From assembly GCA_963701095.1 (NCBI GenBank), contig OY969564.1, positions 992,001-1,056,000 of the forward strand: a DNA stretch of 64,000 nucleotides, given 5' to 3'. Below the pieces are notes generated by a model. That model had not been told where the DNA came from, made no database searches, and was given only the letters and a program-made list of their open reading frames with translations. Shown here one piece after another: positions 1-9,126 of this stretch; within the stretch, counting starts at the first letter, position 1, and the number at the start of each line of letters is the position of its first letter. Both the position numbers and the translations under genes were made by a program. The DNA is from an uncultured Methanoregulaceae archaeon (GTDB taxonomy: Archaea; Halobacteriota; Methanomicrobia; Methanomicrobiales; Methanospirillaceae).

Positions 1-460
1 TGCACCGGCTGGGATGCTATAAACCGGTTCTTCTCAGCTTTTCCGGATGCATGTATATTGAACACGGTCGGTACCACTTACCGGTTTTAATCGCCTCTCT
101 TTTACACTTGCTTACCTGCCTTGAGGCAACGACATGTGACCATGTACATTAGAGAGGTTTTCGCGCGTTGGCATGTTTTTTTATCAAGAACAGACACCAG
201 CCAAAATCGAGAATTATTTTATTAAAAAAATATTCGACAAAGATTTGAGGAAAGGCAAAAAACGCATAATTCTGTATCACCGGATGTCAATATTAAGAGA
301 AAAGTTAAGTCGTGGGTTAAACACTTGAGAGAATTCAAAAGACTGATTAACTTATACACATTTACCGTCAGCAAACATAACAATGTTTAATTACTGTTTC
401 AAGGCCACTCTTAAATTAAGGAACTTGATTCCAGTAATTGTTTTTGTGTGTGTGATAGGT

Positions 461-724
461 ATGGCGTTTTCAGTACATGTAAACGTAAACCGGTGCACTG
501 GCTGCGGAAACTGCGTGATCGCATGCCCGGTAAATGCACTGGAACTGTACACACTTGATCCTGTGACCAGTGAAAAAATCTACCAGGTTCAGGACGGCGT
601 GTCAGTGAGTCTTGATGTCAAGACAGAATTGTGTGCGGGATGCGGCGTATGCGTTGAAGCATGCCCGTATGATGTAATTCAGTTATCCGGCAAAGGCTCA
701 GGAGAATCGTTGGTCAAGGTCTGA
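461..724 (+). CDS. fwdG: Formylmethanofuran dehydrogenase subunit G (2x[4Fe-4S] ferredoxin-like)
   Basis: Two CxxCxxCxxxCP motifs (CTGCGNCVIACP, CAGCGVCVEACP); first gene of the fwdDBAC run. ATG at 461 preferred over the ORF-track start at 383. Confidence 0.85.
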   Translation: MAFSVHVNVNRCTGCGNCVIACPVNALELYTLDPVTSEKIYQVQDGVSVSLDVKTELCAGCGVCVEACPYDVIQLSGKGSGESLVKV

Positions 725-752
725 CCACGACCCCACCACAAGAGAAGATACT

Positions 753-1163
753 ATGGCGGAGAAAAAGATTACCCTCAATATTATCACATGCCGGACGATC
801 CAGCAGGGCGTCGGCATGGAAGCAGGTAAAACATCACAGAAGTATTTTGATGCCTGCACTATCATTCAGATGCACCCCGAAGATTTCAAGAGACTCGGGG
901 CCTGGAAGAACACAAACGTCAAAGTTACGAGCTCAGTCGGAAGCGTTATTTTAAAGGCTGTCGAGACCCGCGAAGATCTTGTCCCGGGGCTTGCCCACAT
1001 TCCGATGGGCCCGTGGGCTAACCGTATTGTCCCGGCGTATACGTTCTCAACAGGAGAACCCTGTTTCAAAGGATTTGCTGCTGACGTAGAGGTTGCTGCA
1101 AATGCACGGATTTTGGGAGCAATCGAAGTCCTGCAGGATGCCTGCGGACTTATCAGGAAGTGA
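753..1163 (+). CDS. fwdD: Formylmethanofuran dehydrogenase subunit D (molybdopterin dinucleotide-binding)
   Basis: TCRTIQQG, MHPED and IPMGPWAN motifs; directly upstream of fwdB. Confidence 0.9.
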   Translation: MAEKKITLNIITCRTIQQGVGMEAGKTSQKYFDACTIIQMHPEDFKRLGAWKNTNVKVTSSVGSVILKAVETREDLVPGLAHIPMGPWANRIVPAYTFSTGEPCFKGFAADVEVAANARILGAIEVLQDACGLIRK

Positions 1164-1169
1164 TGACGG

Positions 1170-2495
1170 ATGCCAAAAGAAGTAACTGATGTTATCTGCC
1201 CGTTCTGCGGGACATTGTGCGACGATATCCGCGTTACCGTTTCCGATGATAATAAGACGATCCTCGGTGTCAAGAACGCATGTGCAATCGGCGCCGAGAA
1301 GTTCAACCACCAGCGGCTCCCGGGCCGGGTCAAACGCCCGCGGATGCGACAGGCTGACGGGACATTTAAAGAGATCACGTACGATGAGGCCATTGACTGG
1401 ACCGCAAAAATGCTCGTAAAGTCAAGAAAGACTCTCATGTACGGCTGGGCATCCACCAGCTGCCAAGCTATGAGCATCGGCCACGAGATCGCAGAAAAGG
1501 TTGGCGGCATCGTCGATAACTGTGCAACAGTCTGCCATGGCTCATCTTTAATTGCCATTGAGGATGTCGGTGTCCCGACGTGTACCCTTGGTGAGGTCAA
1601 GAACCGTGCAGACCGTGTTATTTTCTGGGGATGCAACCCGGCACACGCTCACCCCCGGCACATGTCACGGTATTCAATTTTCCCGCGTGGGTTCTTCACC
1701 GTCAAGGGCCACAAAGGCCGGAAGATCTATTGTGTGGACTGCAGGTACACGGATACCGCGAAATGCGCCGATGAATTCATCCAGGTCCAGCAGGGCTATG
1801 ACTATGAACTGCTCAACGCATTCCGCACAGCAGCCCGTGGAGAAGTACTCCCCGACACCGTTGGCGGAGTTCCAAAAGAGAAGATCTACGAGATCGCAGA
1901 AGATCTCAAACAGGGCAGGTTCATTATCATCTTCTTCGGTATGGGCCTTACCCACACTATGGGCAGAAACCACAATATCGATATTGCGATCAACCTGACC
2001 CGTGACCTCAACGACTACACGAAATGCGCGATCATGGCCATGAGAGGACACTGGAACGTTACCGGTTCCGGTCAGGTTCTCGGATGGCAGTACGGGTTCC
2101 CCTACGCCGTAGACCTCTCACGGAGAGATCAGGCACGCCACCAGACCGGAGAGACGACATCCGTCGACCTCCTCAATAGAAACGAAGTCGAAGCCTGCTT
2201 CTATATCGCAACAGATCCGGGTGCACATTTCCCGGTTGATGCGATGATCAGCAGTTCCAAGAAGCCGACAGTCACAGTCGACCCGCACATCCAGTGCACG
2301 ACCGAGATTTCCGACATACACATCCCAGTCGCCATGGTAGGTGTTGAGACCGGGGGTTGTGCATATCGTATGGACAACGTTCCTATCGAGACCCGTAAAG
2401 TGGTAGATCCGCCGGAAGGCATGCTGACCGACGAAGAACTCCTGACCAAGATCAACCAGAAGGTTGATGAACTCCTTGCCAAAGGAGGAGCGTAA
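1170..2495 (+). CDS. fwdB: Formylmethanofuran dehydrogenase subunit B (Mo/W-pterin catalytic subunit, Cys form)
   Basis: CPFCGTLCDD N-terminal cluster motif, ATVCHG active-site Cys, WGCNPAHAHPRH, MRGHWNV. Confidence 0.95.
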   Translation: MPKEVTDVICPFCGTLCDDIRVTVSDDNKTILGVKNACAIGAEKFNHQRLPGRVKRPRMRQADGTFKEITYDEAIDWTAKMLVKSRKTLMYGWASTSCQAMSIGHEIAEKVGGIVDNCATVCHGSSLIAIEDVGVPTCTLGEVKNRADRVIFWGCNPAHAHPRHMSRYSIFPRGFFTVKGHKGRKIYCVDCRYTDTAKCADEFIQVQQGYDYELLNAFRTAARGEVLPDTVGGVPKEKIYEIAEDLKQGRFIIIFFGMGLTHTMGRNHNIDIAINLTRDLNDYTKCAIMAMRGHWNVTGSGQVLGWQYGFPYAVDLSRRDQARHQTGETTSVDLLNRNEVEACFYIATDPGAHFPVDAMISSSKKPTVTVDPHIQCTTEISDIHIPVAMVGVETGGCAYRMDNVPIETRKVVDPPEGMLTDEELLTKINQKVDELLAKGGA

Positions 2496-4202
2496 ATGTC
2501 AGAATATATCATCAAGAACGGACACGTCTTTGACCCGGTGCAGGGCATCAAAGGAGACAAAAAAGATATCGCCGTCAAGGACGGGAAGATCGTTGATAAG
2601 GTCGGATCTTCAGCAAAAACCATCGATGCCAAGGGAAAGACGGTCATGGCCGGTGCCCTTGATATCCACGCCCATGTAGCAGGCCCTAAGGTAAATGCCG
2701 GCCGCTGGTACCGTCCTGAAGACAAACATTTCGACTCCCACAAGGTCCCGGGAATTACCCGTATTGAAGGCGGCAAGTCCATTCCGACGGTTTTCAAGAC
2801 CGGGTACGCGTACGCACGGATGGGGTTCACCTTTGTCATGGAAGCAGCCATGCCCCCGATGTACGCCCGGCACGTGCACGAAGAAATCCACGATACGCCA
2901 ATTATCGATGAAGCAGCTCTTCCCGTCTTCGGTAACAACTGGTTTATCCTCGAATACCTGAAAAACCAGGAAATCGAGAACACGGCGGCATACATTGCAT
3001 GGATTCTCCGCCAAACCAAGGGATATGGGGTCAAATGCGTCAACCCCGGCGGCACAGAAGCCTGGGCATGGGGACTCAACTGCCTCACCATCCACGACCC
3101 GGTACCGTACTTCGATATCACGCCGGCAGAGATTATCACCGGCCTGATTGCTGCAAACGAGTATCTCGGCCTGCCCCATTCGATGCACCTCCACCAGAAT
3201 GATCTCGGTAACCCCGGGAACTACACGGTCACGCTCGATTCCCTGAAGCTTGCAGAAGGAATCAAGCCTAAGAACAATTTCGGACGCGAACAGGTCCTGC
3301 ACTCTACACATCTCCAGTTCCATTCCTATGGTGGGGACAGCTTCGCTAACATCGATTCAAAGGCAAAAGAGGTCATGGACTACGTCAACAAACAGAAGAA
3401 CCTCACCATTGATACCGGTCAGGTAACCCTTGACGAGACCACAACCATGACTGCTGACGGTCCATTCGAGCACCACCTCCATGCGCTTAACCACCTCAAA
3501 TGGTTCAACGTGGATGTCGAGCTTGAAACTGGCGCAGGTGTCGTGCCCTATATCTACAGCCCGAATGTCTCGGTAAATGCAATCCAGTGGGCAATCGGCT
3601 TGGAACTTGCCCTCTTTGCAAAGGATCCGGAGCGTTGTTTCATCACCACCGACCACCCGAACGCCGGGCCGTTCACCCGGTACCCGCGGGTCTATTCCTG
3701 GCTGATGAGCAAGAAAGTCCGTGATGAGCGCCTGAACACCTTTAAGAATGCCGATAAAATCATCGGTGCGACCTACCTCGCTGAGATCGACCGCGAGATT
3801 TCCCTGTACGAACTTGCCCAGATGACCCGGTCCGGCCCTGCAAGGGCACTCGGCCTTGGCAAAGACTATGGCGGCCTCGCTGTCGGCATGAACGCAGATA
3901 TTGCGATTTACAATATCGACCCGGACAACTTCCCCACCACCGGCGCTGATATTGAGAAAGCGTTTGCGAACGTTGCATACCTCTTCAAGGACGGTAAGAT
4001 CTGTGTTGAAGAAGGTAAAATCGTTGACATGGGCAACAAACACACCTTCTGGGTGGATGCCAAGGTCAATGAGAACAAACAGGTCATGCATGACATCAAG
4101 GAAAAATTCCTCAAGTATTACAGCCTGAGTGAGAACAACTATCCTGTTCCTGAGAGTTATGCACCGCACCAGCACATTCTTACCGTGGATGCGGTTCAGT
4201 GA
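2496..4202 (+). CDS. fwdA: Formylmethanofuran dehydrogenase subunit A (amidohydrolase fold)
   Basis: DIHAHVAG, KCVNPGG, HLQFHSYG, TTDHPNAGPF. Confidence 0.95.
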   Translation: MSEYIIKNGHVFDPVQGIKGDKKDIAVKDGKIVDKVGSSAKTIDAKGKTVMAGALDIHAHVAGPKVNAGRWYRPEDKHFDSHKVPGITRIEGGKSIPTVFKTGYAYARMGFTFVMEAAMPPMYARHVHEEIHDTPIIDEAALPVFGNNWFILEYLKNQEIENTAAYIAWILRQTKGYGVKCVNPGGTEAWAWGLNCLTIHDPVPYFDITPAEIITGLIAANEYLGLPHSMHLHQNDLGNPGNYTVTLDSLKLAEGIKPKNNFGREQVLHSTHLQFHSYGGDSFANIDSKAKEVMDYVNKQKNLTIDTGQVTLDETTTMTADGPFEHHLHALNHLKWFNVDVELETGAGVVPYIYSPNVSVNAIQWAIGLELALFAKDPERCFITTDHPNAGPFTRYPRVYSWLMSKKVRDERLNTFKNADKIIGATYLAEIDREISLYELAQMTRSGPARALGLGKDYGGLAVGMNADIAIYNIDPDNFPTTGADIEKAFANVAYLFKDGKICVEEGKIVDMGNKHTFWVDAKVNENKQVMHDIKEKFLKYYSLSENNYPVPESYAPHQHILTVDAVQ

Positions 4203-4213
4203 GGTGAAAAGGA

Positions 4214-5014
4214 ATGGAAACAATTACACTTACTGTTAAGAAAGTGCCGGAACTCTACCTTGAATGCGAAGGCCTGAACCCCGATACGTTTGCCGGCAAA
4301 TCTGTCGACCAGATTGCAAAGATCCCGATGTACCAAGGTAAGGAAATTTCCACCCTTGGTGAGTACTTCACGGTTGCAGGAACCACCGGGGCAACGGCAG
4401 CCGACACAAAGATCGTCGTGAACGGCGATTGCTCCAAGATGAAGTACATCGGCTCAAAGATGACCGCCGGTGAAATGGTGGTCAACTCAGACTGCGATAT
4501 GTACACAGGAAGCTGGATGAGCGGCGGTAAGCTCCTCGTCAAGGGCAACGTCCACTCATTCTGTGGCCTTGCCCTCAAGGGCGGCGAGTTTACTATCGAA
4601 GGCAATGCTGGCAACTATCTCGCCGCCGCATACCGTGGTGACTGGAGAGGAATGTCCGGCGGAGTACTCCGCGTAAAAGGGAATGCGGGTTCTGATGTTG
4701 CAAGCTTCATGACCGGCGGCACCCTGATCATTGAAGGCAGTGTCGATATCCACCTCGGTACCCACATGGAAGGCGGCAAGATCATTCTCAAGGGCAATGC
4801 AAACCGCCGGGTTGGCGGACAGCTCGTGAAAGGCGAGATCTATGTGTTCGGCACCATCAATGTCATGATGCCCGGCTACAAGAAGACCGGCGAGGTCGAT
4901 CTTGAAGTCGATGGCACCAAGGCAAAGTTTGACGAATATATTGGTGATCTCGGCGAGCGCCACCCCAAGAAGAAAGGCGAAACCGTTTACGGCAAGCTTT
5001 TCATGAAGAAATAA
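4214..5014 (+). CDS. fwdC: Formylmethanofuran dehydrogenase subunit C (beta-helix)
   Basis: Repeated GxxMxGGxxxVxGN units; AYRGDWRGMSGG. Confidence 0.95.
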   Translation: METITLTVKKVPELYLECEGLNPDTFAGKSVDQIAKIPMYQGKEISTLGEYFTVAGTTGATAADTKIVVNGDCSKMKYIGSKMTAGEMVVNSDCDMYTGSWMSGGKLLVKGNVHSFCGLALKGGEFTIEGNAGNYLAAAYRGDWRGMSGGVLRVKGNAGSDVASFMTGGTLIIEGSVDIHLGTHMEGGKIILKGNANRRVGGQLVKGEIYVFGTINVMMPGYKKTGEVDLEVDGTKAKFDEYIGDLGERHPKKKGETVYGKLFMKK

Positions 5015-5015
5015 C

Positions 5016-5024
5016 TTTTTTTTT
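5016..5024 (+). terminator. Oligo-T archaeal-type terminator after the fwd operon
   Basis: T9 run immediately after the fwdC stop; the next gene converges. Confidence 0.55.
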
Positions 5025-5064
5025 AGAGATTCTCGTATCAACTGAATTATTCCGCCAACCTTTG

Positions 5065-5448
5065 TTAATCGCGAGAAGCCTTCGCTATACCTTGTCGGGC
5101 ATCCATTTTTACGCTGATTGACGTGATTATTCCTTCAAGTGTCGCTCTCCCTGCCGGCCCCTGCCGGTAATAATAGAGGAGAAGGTGGAAAAAGTCGGCA
5201 GTTAAATCGGCAAACTCCCTTTTGTACCGGACCTCGACGTTGGTGTCTCCCACAAAACCCTTAATCGAGATAAACCGGTCTTTCTCGAAAGAGAAATACG
5301 GGCGACGCAGGTGTGAGAAAGATCTGACAGTGCCAAAATCTTCAAGAAAACCCAGGAATTCGGTTGTCAGTGGCTCGTCAAGCAGGTACTCTTTCATCAG
5401 CGAACCGTCCACACAGACTTTCGATTGGATCGACTTAAGAATCCGCAT
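5065..5448 (-). CDS. Hypothetical protein overlapping the cysteine desulfurase 3' end
   Basis: ATG at 5448 (MRILKSIQSKVCVDGS) overlaps the desulfurase stop region by 14 nt; natural-looking composition. Confidence 0.65.
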   Translation of the reverse strand: MRILKSIQSKVCVDGSLMKEYLLDEPLTTEFLGFLEDFGTVRSFSHLRRPYFSFEKDRFISIKGFVGDTNVEVRYKREFADLTADFFHLLLYYYRQGPAGRATLEGIITSISVKMDARQGIAKASRD

Positions 5449-6580
5449 TATCTGCAACCTCGCAGATCGCTTCGACAGCCTGCCTGCATTCATCAAAAGT
5501 GGTAAAATAGCCCGGGCTTATGCGGATACAGCCGGTCCCCTTGTCGATTCGCTCATGGATAAGTGGTGCACAGTGAAGGCCGGTCCGGGTAATGATGCCG
5601 TAGGCATTAGCAAGAATATTCCCCACATCATCCGGGGGGATTCCGGTAATATTAAACGGAACAACGGGGAGATCGGGATCCTGTGAATACAAAGTGATAT
5701 TACGGTTACATGCGAGTTCACGGGTGAATATGTTTGTACATTCACGATCATGCAGAGCAATCACGTCAAGCCCGACTTTTTCGATAAAACGAAGGCCGGC
5801 ATACAAGGAGGCAATCCCCGGATAGTTTGGTGTACCTGCCTCGAATCGCTCTGGCATACCTGTTGGATGCAAGAGCCTCTTTGAATCGGTCCCGGTCCCG
5901 CCCTCGCGAATGATAGCAATCCGATCCGGATCCCGAATCCAGAAACCGCCCGTTCCCGGCAACCCGTACAATGCTTTATGCCCGGTGAAGGCAAAGGCAT
6001 CCATTGGGACCTTTGAGAGATCGAGAGGAACCAGCCCTGCAGATTGTGATCCATCAACAATGAAAAAAATATCGTTTGCAGAAAGATAGTCCCCGACGTT
6101 CCTGATATCCTGAACCGTCCCGAGCACATTACTGCCATGGGTCATTACAACCAACCGGGTATCCGGCCGTACGGCATTTTTTATATCTTCAGGGTCGACC
6201 CGGCCGTCCGGACCTGATGGAACGATTGTGAGGGAAAGACAACTTTCGTGTTCAAGTGCAGAGAGCGGGCGAAGTACAGAGTTGTGTTCAAGATCGGTCG
6301 TAATAACGTGGAACGGTGAAGATTCCCGGCGTGCAAAACCATGAATCAGGATGTTGAGAGAGTCAGTAGCATTTGCAGTAAAAACCCAGTGATCAGCATG
6401 TTCTGTCTGGAAGCATGTCGAAAGGAGTTCCCGGGTCACTGAAGGATAATCGATTGCTGAACAGTATGCCGAGCGCCCGGCTTCAGCAAAGGGTTGGCTT
6501 AAGCACCGGGTTACCTCTGCAATAACCTCCCGGGGTTTAGGCCAGCTGGTTGCAGCATTGTTGAGGTAGATAAAAGGCAT
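5435..6580 (-). CDS. Cysteine desulfurase family protein (PLP aminotransferase class V, SufS-like group II)
   Basis: YLNNAATSWPKP, EHNSV, HGSNVLG, VDGSQ, FTGHK (PLP Lys), RTGLHCAP (catalytic Cys). Start at 6580 or 6607. Confidence 0.9.
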   Translation of the reverse strand: MPFIYLNNAATSWPKPREVIAEVTRCLSQPFAEAGRSAYCSAIDYPSVTRELLSTCFQTEHADHWVFTANATDSLNILIHGFARRESSPFHVITTDLEHNSVLRPLSALEHESCLSLTIVPSGPDGRVDPEDIKNAVRPDTRLVVMTHGSNVLGTVQDIRNVGDYLSANDIFFIVDGSQSAGLVPLDLSKVPMDAFAFTGHKALYGLPGTGGFWIRDPDRIAIIREGGTGTDSKRLLHPTGMPERFEAGTPNYPGIASLYAGLRFIEKVGLDVIALHDRECTNIFTRELACNRNITLYSQDPDLPVVPFNITGIPPDDVGNILANAYGIITRTGLHCAPLIHERIDKGTGCIRISPGYFTTFDECRQAVEAICEVADNADS

Positions 6581-6759
6581 ACTGGCCTTTTGATGCGGGA
6601 CTGACATGGACGCACTACAATAAATCTTACCGGCGTGCCTTAATGACTTTGTTACATTTTTCCGGTGAATCCCGGTCTTTCTCCCATTAACGATCAAATA
6701 CAATATGCTAATAAAGCGTGAATCCCTATAGAATAGCATACCATTTCGAGGTTATTTAC

Positions 6760-7026
6760 ATGGACGCGTACAGGTGCATGATGTGCGGTCATATCTATGA
6801 CCCGGCTGTCGGAGAGACAAAGGCATTCAACAACACAATTCTGGTCAACACGGACAGAATGGAAGAGTATGAGGGTAAAGTTATGGCATCCCAGCCGATT
6901 AAACCCGGAACTCCCTTCTCTGCTCTTCCTGCTGACTGGAGATGCCCGACCTGCGGGTACCCCAAGTCATACTACCAGAAGGTAACTCCGGACACCCTGA
7001 CCGCAATGCGGACAATCAGCTACTAA
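6760..7026 (+). CDS. Rubredoxin with internal insertion
   Basis: YRCMMCGHIYDP...PGTPFSALPADWRCPTCG; ATG at 6760 after GAGGT. Confidence 0.85.
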   Translation: MDAYRCMMCGHIYDPAVGETKAFNNTILVNTDRMEEYEGKVMASQPIKPGTPFSALPADWRCPTCGYPKSYYQKVTPDTLTAMRTISY

Positions 7027-7161
7027 AAAGACCCATTATCTCTTTTTCAAGTAAAGAATTTTATTTGGCCATCCTTCCTTCAAAACGAGCCTTCATTCAC
7101 TATTACCAAGGCTGATACGGAGAACTTCGGGCCTGAATAGTAAAAGATTATCGTTTTGATC

Positions 7162-7388
7162 TTATTGGTATCCTGGCACTTCTATGCGGGGGACCTTTCC
7201 TTCTATTGTGTCCCGGTACAATCGCTCAGGAAATGTCGCGTGCCTGATCGCACTGTAGGCCTCATAGAGAACCGGTGCGTAGTATTTTGTACTCCGCCGG
7301 GTAAGACCACGATCAGTTGCTTGTTCTCAATATCATACCCCAGTTCCCGAATTCCATTCGAGACAAATCTATCCCAGACTATACTCAT
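7162..7388 (-). CDS. KTSC-domain protein (frameshifted at T4 7285-7288)
   Basis: SNGIRELGYDIENKQLIVVLPGG; adding one A continues as VQKYYAPVLYEAYSAIRHATFPERLYRDTIEGKVPRIEVPGYQ*, matching the KTSC pattern. Confidence 0.6.
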
Positions 7389-7493
7389 GCACACACACAC
7401 CTTGCACAACCGGATCAGTTGTGGCTGCCGACCGTTTTACCCACGGGAAGATAAATGTTTGCGGGAATTGCAAAAAAGAAAAAAACGTATATT

Positions 7494-8369
7494 CTATCCT
7501 TCAATCATTTTTTCAATGGACTTCTTGAACTCATCAAACTCAAGCTCGTCAAGCTGTTCAGGAAGCATCTCACCGCTCGAGGCCTGCCGGTAGATCCAAT
7601 AGATAATCCGGTCAACTACCCTGATAGCATCATCCTGCGTCTTTACGGTAATAAGGTGACGCCCTAACTTTGGATGTCTGCCCCGGCGTCCACCTACCGT
7701 TATCCGGTACTCCGGGTCTTCGGCGGATATAATATTGAATGGGCAGGGAAGGATACAGAAACCACATTCCATGCAGAGATCCTTGTGCAGGACAACAAGG
7801 CCATCAGTCACTTCAATTGCCTTCTCCCTGCAGTAATGGGTGCATGTCCCGCAGCCGGTACAGAGTCCGGGATCACGTATAGGGCGGCGCGTACCGGTGA
7901 TACCGATTTCGTTGAGGCGTTCACTTTCACAGCCGTTAGGACATGCAGAGATTGCTATTCTCACCTTGACCGGCAGTTCCCTCCCGAAAAAACGTTTGTC
8001 GATTTCCCGTGCAAGACCTACACTGTCGATGATGCCGAACTTGCAATGCCTGGTTCCCAGACACGAGGTTACGTTGACGACTTCCTCGCGTTCAGCGCCC
8101 AGGGGGGTGCCATTTTTTTCCAGATCTTTTACGAGTCCCTCGAGCTTTCGGGGATCGACATGAGGCAGCTCTACGGTCTGCCGGGTCGTAAGATGGAGAT
8201 CGGTTACCCCGTAACGATGGGCAATCTTTCCAAGCCCCTGCATCTGTTCAGGGGTGATCATTCCTGCCGGCATACGGAGGCGGACGATACAGAAGTGAGG
8301 GTCGATTTCTGTAATAATTCCGCCCTTTGTATAGAGCGATTCATCAATCTGAGATTTTTTCTGTTTCAT
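7494..8369 (-). CDS. Siroheme sulfite/nitrite reductase-like protein with 2x[4Fe-4S] insert (Dsr-LP / AsrC-like)
   Basis: VRLRMPAG, LHLTTRQ, SCLGTRHC and SACPNGC siroheme-cluster ligands; CTGCGTC and CMECGFC ferredoxin motifs; GGRRGRHP. Confidence 0.85.
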   Translation of the reverse strand: MKQKKSQIDESLYTKGGIITEIDPHFCIVRLRMPAGMITPEQMQGLGKIAHRYGVTDLHLTTRQTVELPHVDPRKLEGLVKDLEKNGTPLGAEREEVVNVTSCLGTRHCKFGIIDSVGLAREIDKRFFGRELPVKVRIAISACPNGCESERLNEIGITGTRRPIRDPGLCTGCGTCTHYCREKAIEVTDGLVVLHKDLCMECGFCILPCPFNIISAEDPEYRITVGGRRGRHPKLGRHLITVKTQDDAIRVVDRIIYWIYRQASSGEMLPEQLDELEFDEFKKSIEKMIEG

Positions 8370-8469
8370 ATCTGACTAGTGCTTCGCCATAACAATGGAT
8401 AGAGGTTACGAATGTACACCAATGAGTAAAGTACAAATGATTATTACACTCCGTTGCGTAGTACGTACC

Positions 8470-9039
8470 ATGGTGAAGCATTCCGAATATATGGAAGCTT
8501 TTTTTGGCGTCGAGCTTAACCAGAAATTCGAAGATATGATAAATGAACTTAAGGACGCGGAGGACAACCTTAAGGAACTTTCCCTTGAAATTGGAAAACT
8601 GGGAGAGATAAAGGACACGGATACCCTCAGTGAATCTATCAAGGAATGCCGGGCCGTAGCATATGAAAATGCCCAGAGCATAAAAGATGTCCGCACTTTT
8701 CTTGATTTTTACCTTAAATCCGACAAAACATCCACTCATATCATCCTCGAAAGGGATGCCTATATGAAAATCTATCAAATCTTCAAGTGGGACGGCGCAG
8801 ATGTCCGGGATCTCAAACGCTGGATTGGTGACCTTAAAGAAATCTGTGATAAGATCGGCCTGAACATGAGGGACCTTATCAATTTCAAGAAACTTACTTC
8901 ACAACCCGTACCCCCGGAACTGGTTAAATTCCCGGTGTATGCACTTGATCGGCAGGGCTACTGCCTGACCGGTCCCGCGTTTGACATGGTCCTTCATATC
9001 GATGAAGTCCGTGAACAGATGGCCGAGAACTCGAACTAA
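8470..9039 (+). CDS. Hypothetical alpha-helical/coiled-coil protein
   Basis: Long ORF with heptad-like N-half, followed by T9; start uncertain (8395/8422/8470). Confidence 0.7.
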   Translation: MVKHSEYMEAFFGVELNQKFEDMINELKDAEDNLKELSLEIGKLGEIKDTDTLSESIKECRAVAYENAQSIKDVRTFLDFYLKSDKTSTHIILERDAYMKIYQIFKWDGADVRDLKRWIGDLKEICDKIGLNMRDLINFKKLTSQPVPPELVKFPVYALDRQGYCLTGPAFDMVLHIDEVREQMAENSN

Positions 9040-9042
9040 TAA

Positions 9043-9051
9043 TTTTTTTTT
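9043..9051 (+). terminator. Oligo-T terminator
   Basis: T9 run 3 nt after the stop at 9039. Confidence 0.45.
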
Positions 9052-9126
9052 ATCCACTGTATCTGAGGTCAGATAGCAGAGGGGAATAGATAAATAACGC
9101 TATTTTCAAATCATCAGTATTCCTTC

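Noticed and set aside
383..460. N-terminal extensions in the ORF track (fwdG, desulfurase, GGGP synthase, dedA, carS, 41051-41944)
   Set aside because: The extensions run through AT-rich promoter-like DNA ahead of the family-typical N-termini, so downstream starts were chosen
1170..2495. Selenocysteine-containing FwdB or stop-codon recoding
   Set aside because: The active-site codon is TGC (Cys) and the ORF has no in-frame stop
866..4223. Long antisense ORFs over the fwd genes (and similar ones such as 35318-36562 and 44030-44707)
   Set aside because: Shadow frames of well-supported genes, with no motifs of their own
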